Origin: a virus
Direction: 5' to 3' (one strand)
Length of the DNA stretch: 38,456 bases
Virus record (IMG/VR): IMGVR_UViG_3300045988_124250
Both the position numbers and the translations under genes were made by a program. Below the pieces are notes generated by a model. That model saw nothing but the letters and a program-made list of their open reading frames with translations, ran no database searches and was not told where the DNA came from. This document shows positions 16,879 to 26,511 of this stretch, in pieces (positions within the stretch are counted from its first letter, which is position 1; every line of letters starts with the position of its first letter).

Positions 16879-16885
16879 TTCCTCC

Positions 16886-17122
16886 TTAATACATTTCCTC
16901 GGACTTGTCAAGATAGAAATGGTCAATCTTGGTCATGTCCAGCAGTTCGTACTTTTCCACACCCTCGGCAAGCATAGCGTTCAGTTTGTCCACCAGCTTT
17001 GTGCCATTGTCCTTGTTTGCCTGAACGAACAGGAAATCGGAACAGGTTTTCTCCCACTGTGTCCCTCTGTTGTAGACAACAGGCTCTTTGGTGGTGTAGC
17101 AGACTCCATAGATGTTAGACAT
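16886..17122 (-). CDS. hypothetical small protein (78 aa); first gene of the minus-strand early array
   Basis: MSNIYGVCYTTKEP... with an AAGGAGG SD. TTGACA-N17-TACAAT promoter at 17150-17180. Confidence 0.5.
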   Translation of the reverse strand: MSNIYGVCYTTKEPVVYNRGTQWEKTCSDFLFVQANKDNGTKLVDKLNAMLAEGVEKYELLDMTKIDHFYLDKSEEMY

Positions 17123-17269
17123 TGTATCGTCCTCCTTTGTTTTACTGTAATCATTGTAGCACACTTGGGGTAATTTGTCAAGAGGTTTTTTCAAAAATAA
17201 CCTATTTATTTTCAGGACAGAGATTGTGATTATTTTAACAATCGGATTTGCGATTTTTTTCTTTAACAC

Positions 17270-18000
17270 TTTAATGTGGTGAAGTCTGGGGCGTTGCGAC
17301 CGTGTTCGGCATCCAACAGTGAATGTGAAATTTTTAACAATTAAACAGCAACTTCACCACATCCACACATTGTGAAATTTTTAACAATCTTGCTCGGACA
17401 GCGAATGTATCAACTGTGCCGTGCGTGTCCTCCTTGCTACCTGTGCAAGCGCACTCTTTACTCTCTTGCTCTTGGCTCTCACATTGTTAAATTTTTAACA
17501 ATCTTGCTCACCCCTCTGTGAGAGCTGTGTGTTGCGGGATGCGCGCTGTTCAGCGCCTGCGCCGCTGTATTGTTTGGCAATTGTGCGAGGGCTTATTCTT
17601 GGGCGATTAGGGCCGTTAACGGCGTTGATTCCAAAAGAGAAATAGAATACTTACATTAGATTTGTGGTGCGCGGTTCCCGGTGAGCCGACCGGTGGGAAG
17701 CGCGTTCCATTCTCTTATTGTCGGCCTACTCTCTCTCCCTACCTACTACCCATAGCCACCCATACCCTACCATACCATACTACTATACTACATTGTTAAT
17801 ACATTAACAATGTATCTATCATTGTGTTGTGTTGTGTGTTGTTCTCTTTGTCTGTTGGTCGCTCGCTCGTTGGCTCGCTCTGCCTTGTCCACTGTGCCGT
17901 GCGTGTCCTTGTCCTCTCTTGGTTGAGTGATTGTTAAAAATTTAACAATCTCGCTACATCGTTAATCTTTTAACAATCTTGCTACATTGTTAAATTTTTA
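17270..18000. other. ORF-free control region with nested palindromes, iteron-like repeats and strand-asymmetric tracts (candidate origin or regulatory switch)
   Basis: Contains the perfect 20 bp palindrome ATTGTTAAATTTTTAACAAT twice (17478 and 17985) and the 26 bp palindrome tacattgttaatacattaacaatgta at 17783. TGTGAAATTTTTAACAAT occurs twice, TTAACAATCT(T/C)GCT four times and ACTGTGCCGTGCGTGTCCT twice. A ~75 nt nearly G-free tract at 17717-17790 and a ~75 nt A-free tract at 17822-17895 flank the 26 bp palindrome. No ORF of 60 aa or more. Confidence 0.6.
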
Positions 18001-18028
18001 ACAATCTTAGGGCAACAAAAAACCTCCC

Positions 18029-18124
18029 TCAATGAGGGAGGCAGATGAGGCACATCAAGATGCCAGTACCAGCGATGACAGCAACCGCGGTGATGAAGCG
18101 CACGACTTTGTAGATGATAGACAT
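18029..18124 (-). CDS. 31 aa hydrophobic peptide
   Basis: MSIIYKVVRFITAVAVIAGTGILMCLICLPH. AAGGAGG SD 6 nt upstream. TAGACA-N17-TATAAT promoter at ~18150-18190. The stop is embedded in the terminator cctccctc-aat-gagggagg plus T-run. Confidence 0.45.
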   Translation of the reverse strand: MSIIYKVVRFITAVAVIAGTGILMCLICLPH

Positions 18125-18447
18125 AGACTATTCCTCCTTGATTGATGATACTATTATACCAGATTTCAGGATGCGTGTCTATTGGCAGAATACACAAATT
18201 TGTGAGAGATTTTTTGTGGAGTTTGTATTTATTGCGAATGAGGACCGCGACAGCCATTCGCGGTCCTGTGAGTTGAGGGGCTGTATTGGGGATGGTCTAG
18301 CCTTTCCGCGTGCGCCAAGCCCAAGAAGGCCTCGATAGTGTTCAGATTTTTTCTCAGATAAAAACCGACCGGGGGGGGTGGGTTTCGGGAAAAAATTTTT
18401 TTTGATTTTTATTTTTTTGTTTGGCTGGTACAAACTCTCACCAAAAC

Positions 18448-18507
18448 TTTTTTCAATTCAGATAACGGTAGAACTTTTTTCAATTTGGATAACGGTAGAA
18501 CTTTTTT
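18448..18507. repeat. tandem ~29 bp direct repeat ACTTTTTTCAATT(C/T)(A/G)GATAACGGTAGA x2
   Basis: Two adjacent near-identical copies in an AT-rich ORF-free stretch between the control region and the AT-rich minus-strand module. Confidence 0.7.
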
Positions 18508-18589
18508 AATTATTTTTTAATTTTATTCCTACCAAAAAACCAAATAGGAAAAAATAAAATTAATCCTATTAATGCTAATGCTTCAAGAA

Positions 18590-18733
18590 TCATTTTTTAT
18601 TCTCCTTCTTAGGACGACCACGTTTAGGGTTTTCACCCCATACAATTTGATGAACTGCTTTAGTAGCATAATAATTAGCTTTTTTCTGCATCTTAGCGGC
18701 AAGTGCATTACCAAAACTTTTATACTTAGGCAT
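18590..18733 (-). CDS. small basic protein (47 aa)
   Basis: MPKYKSFGNALAAKMQKKANYYATKAVHQIVWGENPKRGRPKKENKK. TGA stop. Not in the ORF track (shorter than 60 aa). Confidence 0.4.
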   Translation of the reverse strand: MPKYKSFGNALAAKMQKKANYYATKAVHQIVWGENPKRGRPKKENKK

Positions 18734-18735
18734 AA

Positions 18736-19053
18736 TTATATTACTCCATTAATAGCATCAGTTAGTTTTTGAGGAATTTCAATTCCTAAATCATCTAATA
18801 CTTCTTTAGCGCGTAAATACTCTATTCTACTACCATATCGTTTACTCACTCGCACTCCAACATAAATTTCACCATTGTATTCAATAGTATAAAATTCCAT
18901 ACGGTCGCCAGGAGCAATACCATATTTTTGTCTTAAATTTTTAGGAAAAACAAGACGGCCTAAACTATCAACCTAATGAATAGAACCTTCATTATGAACT
19001 ATTGCTTGGCCTTCTCGCATTACAATATCAAAATAATTTTTTCCATCTTCCAT
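18736..19053 (-). CDS. AbrB/MazE/SpoVT-family DNA-binding protein with an in-frame TAG at 18973-18975
   Basis: Reading through TAG gives MEDGKNYFDIVMREGQAIVHNEGSIH-(TAG)-VDSLGRLVFPKNLRQKYGIAPGDRMEF..., a swapped-hairpin AbrB motif. TAA stop. Missed by the ORF track because of the TAG. Confidence 0.5.
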
Positions 19054-19057
19054 AAAA

Positions 19058-19351
19058 TCACTTCTCCTCCATTACATGGCATTTTTCTCCAGAAGACTTA
19101 ATGATATGCCAAATATATTCACCATCATTAATAACTCCTAAATACTTGTCATTATTATTTACATATTTATCCAATTCCCAACCTGTACCAACAGCATTAA
19201 TCTGGAAATATTTTTCAGGTGCCTTTTCATCATAAACTGCCCATACGCATGGATTATTATTTACATCCAATCCAGTAGATACAATATCAGTTAAATGGTC
19301 CATAATATGAGTTGACCCTGGAGTTTCAATTAAATATTTATAAATCTTCAT
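19058..19351 (-). CDS. hypothetical protein (97 aa)
   Basis: AT-rich ORF with a TGA stop. Confidence 0.5.
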   Translation of the reverse strand: MKIYKYLIETPGSTHIMDHLTDIVSTGLDVNNNPCVWAVYDEKAPEKYFQINAVGTGWELDKYVNNNDKYLGVINDGEYIWHIIKSSGEKCHVMEEK

Positions 19352-19352
19352 A

Positions 19353-19670
19353 TTACTCCTCTTTTAACACTTCTGCCCAAACGCGCACATCTCTATCTTC
19401 CGCGTTAATAACTTGATTTTTATTATATACAAAAATAGGACAATGTAGTGGATAACAATTTATTTTAGTATCAATATTATCCACATAAATAATCATATTA
19501 TTTTTAATATAGGGCCAATAATCTTGACCTTCACCCAATAGGATACAAGTATATCCTGCTTCAGTTAATTGTTCAAGATTAATATATTGATTAAATGATA
19601 CACCCATAAATAGAATAGTAGTGCCTCGTTTAAAATTTTTCAAAACATATTTAATCTATTTTTTAGTCAT
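19353..19670 (-). CDS. hypothetical protein; start extended through an in-frame TAG
   Basis: ATG at 19670 overlaps the upstream stop (gATGActaa). MTKK-(TAG)-IKYVLKNFKRGTTILF... Confidence 0.45.
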
Positions 19671-19869
19671 CACCATTCCATCCTTCCGGTAAAAATATAT
19701 CTAAAATTCTTTGTAATAAATCGCTTGCGGCGAATATTGGACCGCCGATAAAAAATATTAAACAAACAATTAATTTATTTTCACCGGCGCTTTGAATTGC
19801 ATCAATATATTCAAACATTACTAATGCTGAAATGATTATCCAAAAGATAACAATTACATAGGCTCCCAA
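19663..19869 (-). CDS. small membrane protein (68 aa)
   Basis: Two hydrophobic segments. TAA stop. Confidence 0.45.
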   Translation of the reverse strand: MGAYVIVIFWIIISALVMFEYIDAIQSAGENKLIVCLIFFIGGPIFAASDLLQRILDIFLPEGWNGDD

Positions 19870-20252
19870 AAATATTCACCATCCTTATATTTATTTACTC
19901 GAACATTACGGATTAGCATTCTTATAGAGCTGTCTTTCTCTAATTGATTTGCGTATCCAGGCGGTGGTGGGCTCTTGGACAAAACTGAATAAGCGATTAT
20001 ATTAGAATTTTCATAATTAGAGAAGTCTGTGATTTTTGCGAATTCCTTCGCATTAAATTGAAGATGTAATAGTAAACAACAAGGGAAACTTTCTTCAATA
20101 TTATTTGCATCTTCATAATAATCTGCTATTAAATTATATTTTTGTTCAATAGTTTCAGGGTCTAGAAGTTTAACTACTCCCTTTGTAAACAATATATTAT
20201 ATATAATAGATAATATTAATAATATACTTAATATAACAATAGCAATTACCAT
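19854..20252 (-). CDS. membrane-anchored protein (132 aa, N-terminal TM)
   Basis: MVIAIVILSILLILSIIYNILF... with an AAAAGGAGAAG SD. Confidence 0.5.
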   Translation of the reverse strand: MVIAIVILSILLILSIIYNILFTKGVVKLLDPETIEQKYNLIADYYEDANNIEESFPCCLLLHLQFNAKEFAKITDFSNYENSNIIAYSVLSKSPPPPGYANQLEKDSSIRMLIRNVRVNKYKDGEYFWEPM

Positions 20253-20279
20253 AAACTTCTCCTTTTATTTTTTATTATA

Positions 20280-20397
20280 ATAATAATACAAAAAATTTTT
20301 TTTATTGTCAAATTTTTTCCAATTAATAGTATCGTTTAAAAATTTTTTAAATGCATTTATTAAAATTTGACACCTGGAAAAATTTTTTGTATAATGA
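20280..20397. promoter_or_regulatory. divergent sigma70-like promoter pair (minus TTGACA-N17-TATTAT; plus TTGACA-N17-TATAAT)
   Basis: Plus TTGACA 20367-20372 and TATAAT 20390-20395. Minus TTGACAataaaaaaaattttttgTATTAT at ~20285-20313. Both carry the AAAAATTTTTTG spacer motif. Confidence 0.6.
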
Positions 20398-20420
20398 AGA
20401 CGTAAAAAAATCTGGAGGTA

Positions 20421-21485
20421 ATGATGATAAAATTAGATTATTCCTTACAAACTCCAGAAGAAAGAAATGAATTAGTCAAGAAAATATTAGAGGAAACCCC
20501 AGACCCCTCTCCTCGATATTTAGAAATATTAGGGGACTATATCATTCTTTGTATGGAGAAACAAGAGAAGAAGGAGCGTAAACTATTAACTGATAATCGT
20601 ATGGCAACAGTTAATAAACGTGAAACATCTTTTGAAGGTCTTGTTTCCCAATTTGAGAATGGCGAAGATGGAATTTATAATTTAATTACTGAAAATAAAA
20701 ATACAATATTTTAGCCTAAAATTACAATTACTAAAAAAGATATAGAAGAAATACCTCATTTAAAATAGTTGAGAGACGCCATTACTACTTGGGAAGCCAA
20801 ATTACGAGTTAGTGAAGGACGCGAAGCATTTATAATTAAACGTGCTATTATTGAAATGCGTAAAGATTAGTATGTTATTAAAAATGCGGTTCGTCGTCCA
20901 ATTGTTATGACTAAAATTACTCGTTCAAGAAATTTTATTCCATTAGAGGACACAACTTGCATTTTTGATGATGATGGTTATCCAATCCCGGATGGCATTT
21001 CACTATTAGATCCTAGAGTATGTTCTGCAATTTTATGTAATTATTCTCGTTTAAAACAAGATAGTTGGGGAGATTTTGAAAGAGATTTATGGTATATTAT
21101 GGAAGATTTTGATAATTTATGTACCATCGCTCTTAAAGATTATCCACTATATGACAGAATAGTTGAATATAAAATTGATGGATTATAGAATATAGACATC
21201 CAAAAGAGAATCCAAGAGGAATTTAATATTACCCATAGTTTAGAATATATTTCTAGTTTATGGCGCAATAAAATTCCTAAATTAATCGCTTCAGCGGCTG
21301 AAGACCAATACCTATATGATTACTATTTACATAAAGCAAAAGGTAAATATAAAAAATGTAGTCGCTGTGGGCAAATTAAATTAGCACATAATAAATATTT
21401 TAGCAAAAATAAAACTAGTAAAGATGGTTATTATAGTATTTGTAAAAAATGCCGCAATGCCAAAAACAAGGGCAAACAGTTATAA
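20421..21485 (+). CDS. hypothetical protein with a C-terminal CxxC-X17-CxxC zinc ribbon; 4 in-frame TAG
   Basis: GGAGG SD. Track fragments 20421..20714 and 20907..21188 are in the same frame, with only TAG codons between them. Ends ...CSRCGQIKLAHNKYFSKNKTSKDGYYSICKKCRNAKNKGKQL-TAA. Confidence 0.6.
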
Positions 21486-21527
21486 TTTTGAGATGCCTGT
21501 TATTGGATAGATATAAGGAGGAAAATT

Positions 21528-22724
21528 ATGGCTGTAGATAATAGTAATAAAGTATATTATTGCGAACGATGTAATAGAACTATGGGCGCTGACCAATTCT
21601 ATACATCTAATAATTTAGAAAAATATCCAAATGATGGAAAACTCCCTCAATGTAAAAAATGCATCACAATGCTTGTAGATAACTGGAATCCAGAAACTTA
21701 TATGTGGATTTTACAAGAGATTGATGTACCATACGTTCCTGATGAGTGGAGTAAATTAATGATGAAATATGGACAAGATAAATCTAAATTAACTGGTATG
21801 AGTATTTTAGGTAGATATTTGTCCAAAATGAAACTTAAACAATATAAAGATTATAGATGGAAAGATTCTGAGTTTTTATAGGAAGTGGCTAATAATAAAT
21901 TAGAGCAAACTATGAAACGACAAGGCTATGATGCCTAGCAAATAGCAACTGCTATTGCTAAATCTACCGTCGCCATTCCAGAAGAAGAATTAAAACCTTA
22001 TACTCCTGAATTACCAGAGCGTTTTAGAGATGGTGATAATTATTTTGACCAATAGAATGGTATTGAACATGACCCAGCAGATGACCTCGATTTAACAGAA
22101 GAAGATATTCTATATCTTCGTATGAAATGGGGTAAAGCTTATAAACCAGAAGAATGGGTTAAATTAGAGCAACTCTATGAAGAAATGATGAGTTCTTATG
22201 ATATTCGTGGCGCTGGTCATATTGATACATTAAAGTTAATTTGTAAAACATCCTTGAAGGCGAACTAGCTAATCGATATTGGTGATATCGAAGGTTTCCA
22301 AAAGATGAGCAAGGTTTATGATAGTCTAATGAAATCAGGTAATTTCACCGCCGCTCAAAACAAGGCTGATACAGGAGAAGCATTTGATTCTATCGGAGAA
22401 TTAGTGGCTATGTGTGAAACTGAAGGATTTATTCCTCGGTATTACACAGAAGGTCCAAAAGATAAAGTTGATGAAACTCTACAAGATTTAAAGAATTATA
22501 CACATACATTGGTCACCGAAGAAATGAATCTAGGTAATCTCATTGAAGGTGCTATCAAGAAAATGCAAGAAGAAGAAAATAAAGAAGAAGACCAAGATAT
22601 TGAAGAAGATTTAACGATGGAAGAGATTGACCATCTCAAAGATGAAGATTTAATTGAATATAATGATTTCCTTGAAGAAGAGTCTGAAATAGATGCTTAG
22701 ACTTTGAGGAATTTAGAAGGATAA
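21528..22724 (+). CDS. hypothetical protein with an N-terminal zinc finger and a very acidic C-terminus (possible small terminase or DNA-binding subunit); 5 in-frame TAG
   Basis: AAGGAGG SD. Track fragments 21528..21881 and 22305..22700 are in the same frame. TAA stop at 22722. Confidence 0.55.
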
Positions 22725-22725
22725 T

Positions 22726-24459
22726 ATGGCTTTATAGGATTTACTTGATTTATCTTAGAAGCGTAAAAAGATTGGAATTTCAGAGGACCGTCTTCGTGCA
22801 ATTATACCAGAAGCAAGATAGTACATAGCCTTTTGGAGAGAATATCCAGATATGTTTATCGACTTTATGGCAGGACCCGATGGCGGCCCTCAACATTTTA
22901 AACTCTATTTTTATTAGAGAATTTTTTTGCGCGCTGCGATGCGTCATAAATATATTTATGCAGTATTTCCTCGTGCTTATTCAAAATCTTTTTTATCAAT
23001 GATGGTCTTAATGTGTCGTGCGATTTTATATCCCAGATGTAAATTATTTATTACTTCTGGTGGTAAAGAACAAGCGGCTGGAATTGTAAAAGAAAAAGTC
23101 CAAGAAATTTGTACTCTTATTCCTGCATTTTAGAAAGAAATAGATTGGCGCCGTGGCTAGACACTTGAAGGAAAAGATTATGTTAAATATGTATTTAAAA
23201 ATGGTTCATATTTTGACAATATTGCCGCGAGAGAGTCTTCTCGTGGTAAACGTCGCCATGGTGGTTTAATCGAAGAGTGTGTTGGTGTTGATGGTGATAT
23301 TCTATCACAAGTTATTATCCCTACAATGAATATTTCTCGTATGTGTATGGATGGTACTACTCAACCTGATGAAACTCTTAATAAATCTCAAATTTATATT
23401 ACTACTGCTGGGTATAAAAATACATTCCCTTATGATAAATTAATTCAATTATTAGTTTGGGAAATTGTTAAACCTTAGCAATCCATTATTATGGGTGGTA
23501 CTTATCGTATTCCTGTTTTAATGAAATTATTGGATGCGAATTTTATTAAAGACCTAAAAATGGACGGAACATTCAATGAAAGTTCATTTGACCGAGAATA
23601 TGAAAGTAAATGGTCTGGTACTGTAGAAGATGCGTTTTTTAATGCTGAAATATTTGATAGAAATAGAATATTAAATTAGCCTGAATATGAAGCATCTGGG
23701 CGTAATTCAAAATTAGCATCTTATGTACTTGCGGTCGACGTTGGCCGTAAAGGATGTGATTCAGTTATTTGTGTATTTAAAGTGACCCCACAATCACAAG
23801 GTGGTTCAATTAAAAGTTTAGTAAACTTATATACATTGTCTGATGAGCATTTTGAAGACCAAACTATTAAATTAAAAAAATTATATTATAAATATAATGC
23901 TGATAGAATTGTAATTGATGGTAATGGTTTAGGAATTGGTTTAATTGATTATATGGTTAAAACATAGATTGACCCTGAAACCAACGAAATCTTCCCTGAT
24001 TTTGGCGTTGTTAATGATGATGATTTATTTTACAAGAAATATAAAACATCTAATACCGTATTAGATGCTATGTATATTATAAAAGCTAATGCGCCACTTA
24101 ATACAGAAGCTCACGCTATTGCTAAATCACAACTCGCTTCTGGAAAAGTAAAATTTTTAATTGATGAGCGCGTAGCAAAAAATAAACTTCTTGCTAAAAA
24201 GAAAGGTCAAACTATGACTCCAGAATAGAGGGCAGAAGAATTAAAACCATTTACTTTAACTTCCATATTAAAAGAAGAAATGATGAATTTGCGTGAAGAA
24301 ACTGAAGGAGTAAATATTATCCTGAAGCAAGCAAATAAAAGTATCCGAAAAGATAAATTTTCTGCTTTTGAATATGGACTATATTATTTAAAATTAGAAG
24401 AAGATAAAAAGAAGAAACGTAAAAAGTTTAATGCTAAAGATTGGTGTTTCTTAAACTAA
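22726..24459 (+). CDS. terL: terminase large subunit; ~10 in-frame TAG
   Basis: Reading through TAG gives ...EYPDMFIDFMAGPDG...RRHGGLIEECVGVDGD...SQIYITTAGY...FDREYESKWSG...GRKGCDSVICVF...RIVIDGNGLGIGLIDYM..., which are the ATPase and RNaseH-like nuclease motifs of TerL. Track fragments 22927, 23491 and 23782 share one frame. Alternative start at ATG 22852. Confidence 0.7.
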
Positions 24460-24469
24460 GGAGGTAATT

Positions 24470-24826
24470 ATGAGAGCGTCTAGAGGCGAAATTAAAATTG
24501 AAGAAATTTTGCGGCAAGCTGAATTACCGTTCAAGATGGAATATATTTTTCCAGATTTAAAAGCACCAAGCGGTAGACCATTACGTTTCGATTTTGTTGT
24601 TTTTGATGATGATGGTAGAATTGATTTTATTATTGAGTATTAGGGTAAATAGCATTATGAGCCTAGTGCGAAATTTGGCGGTAAAAAAGGTTTATATCAA
24701 CAACAGTATAATGATAATCAGAAACGACGTTTTTGTGCTTTACATGATTTTAAATTAATAGAGATTCCTTATACAGATGAAAATCTTATTACATATGATT
24801 ATATAATGAAATTAGCTGGATATTAA
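24470..24826 (+). CDS. DUF559/Vsr-like (PD-(D/E)xK) endonuclease-domain protein, probable homing-endonuclease-like insert; 2 in-frame TAG
   Basis: AAGGAGG SD. ...RPLRFDFVVFDDDGRIDFIIEY-(TAG)-GK-(TAG)-HYEP.. aligns with the DUF559 signature IELDGGQHYE. The second TAG sits at the conserved Gln. Confidence 0.55.
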
Positions 24827-24838
24827 GGAGGTGGAATT

Positions 24839-26500
24839 TTGGATACTAAAGAATTATCACGTTAGGAAATCATCCACTCCAAAGGATTTAATATCAGCAA
24901 TGGAACAAGTGATTATCGAACTGCTGATCCAACAGAATATCGTAAGATAAAAGTTGGGGTTCAAACATTAGATGATGCTGTATTAGATTTAGGGTCATTT
25001 GCTCGATTATATCCTAATCGTCGTGGTCCATGTCGCATGGTCACTAAAAATGATGTATTACGAGCTATGATAAATCGTGATATTGTTGAAATGCGTAGAA
25101 TTTCTAATTTATTTTATGATATTAGTGGCATTTATGAGCGAGTATGTAATTATTTTGCTTATTTGTATAGATATGATTGGTATGTCGCTCCAGAAATTTT
25201 AGATGATACAGTAAAAGATGAAAAAGTTTTAAAAGATTTTTCAAAGTTATTAAATTACTTAGATAATACTTATATTAAAAAAATCTGCGGTGATATTGCT
25301 CAAAGTATTATGAAAAATGGTTGTTATTATGGATATATAGTGCAATCTGCAAATAGTTTAATGTTACAAGAATTGCCTGCTAGTTATTGCCGTTCTAGAT
25401 ACTTTGTGGCTGGTATGCCAGCAATTGAGTTTGATATGCGGTTTTTTGATTAGTTCCCAGATCCTAATTATCGTATGCGCGTATTAAAATTATTCCCTGA
25501 AGAATTTTAGCGTGGATATGTTTTATATAAGAAAGGAAAATTACTTCCTGATATTAAGGGAGATTATAGTGGAAGCTGGTATTTACTATCCCCAGAATTA
25601 AGTGTGAAATTTAATTTTAATGGTAGCGATACCCCACCATTTATTAATTCTATTCCTGCTCTTATGGATTTAGATGCTGCTCAAGATTTAGACCGCAGAA
25701 AACAAATGTAGAAGTTGTTAAAAATTATTGTTCAAAAACTTCCAATGGATAAAAATGGTGATTTAATATTTGATATTGATGAATCTCGTGACATACACAA
25801 TAATGCTGTTGCTATGTTATCAAGAGCTATTGGCGTTGATGTTTTAACAACATTTACTGATGTTCAATCTATTGATTTATCAGATAAAAATACTACAACT
25901 ACTACAGATGATTTAGCAAAAGTTGAACGTACTGTTTATAATAATTTAGGTATTTCTCAAAATCTATTCAATACTGATGGTAATTTATCATTAGAGAAGT
26001 CTATCCTTAATGATGAGTCAACTGTTAGAAACTTGTTGTTGCAATTTAACATTTTTTTTGATAGAATAGTAAAGATGAAGGTTGCGAACAATAAGAAATA
26101 TAGTTTTAAATTTTATATGCTTGAAACTACACAATATAATTATAAAGAAATGTCAAAATTATATAAAGAGCAAACGCAACTTGGTTATTCTAAGATGTTA
26201 CCTCAAATTGCTCTTGGTCATTCTTAGAGTTTCATTTTAAATACTGCGGTATTTGAAAATGATGTGTTGAAACTAACTGAAATTATGATCCCACCATTAA
26301 TGTCTTCTACTATGAGCAGTCAAGATGTTTTGGGTAATAAAGGTTCAAACAATTAGAATAAAACACAAAATAATTCAGGAAGTAGTAATCAATAGACTAC
26401 TACAAAACAGACTACTGAAACAAAATAGTCTGGGCGACCTGAAAAGGCTGATGATTAGAAAAGTGAAAAAACCATAAAAAATAAAGAGTCAATGAATTAA
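24839..26500 (+). CDS. putative portal protein; ~9 in-frame TAG; TTG start
   Basis: AAGGAGGTG SD. 554 codons located directly after TerL. Track fragments 25037..25453 and 25715..26227 are in the same frame. Thr/Asn/Gln-rich C-terminal tail. Confidence 0.5.
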
Positions 26501-26511
26501 GGAGGTAAATC

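Noticed and set aside
17320-18005. CRISPR-like array of TTAACAAT-containing repeats
   Set aside because: Repeat spacing is irregular (48 bp, ~100 bp, ~450 bp). The repeats are palindromic operators rather than uniform direct repeats with unique spacers, and there are no cas genes.
1190-18257. ORFs 1190..1558(-), 3887..4141(-), 4008..4304(-), 5152..5334(-), 10029..10253(-), 14284..14472(-), 15317..15535(-) and 17982..18257(-), which share an ILPIDK peptide
   Set aside because: They run straight through promoter-hairpin-terminator elements. The shared peptide is just the translation of the conserved TTGTCAATAGG promoter motif. They have no SD and aberrant composition.
18114-18433. ORFs 18114..18338(+) and 18179..18433(-)
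   Set aside because: They have no SD, span a GC hairpin and a homopolymer run (G8), and show atypical composition, so they are probably non-coding.
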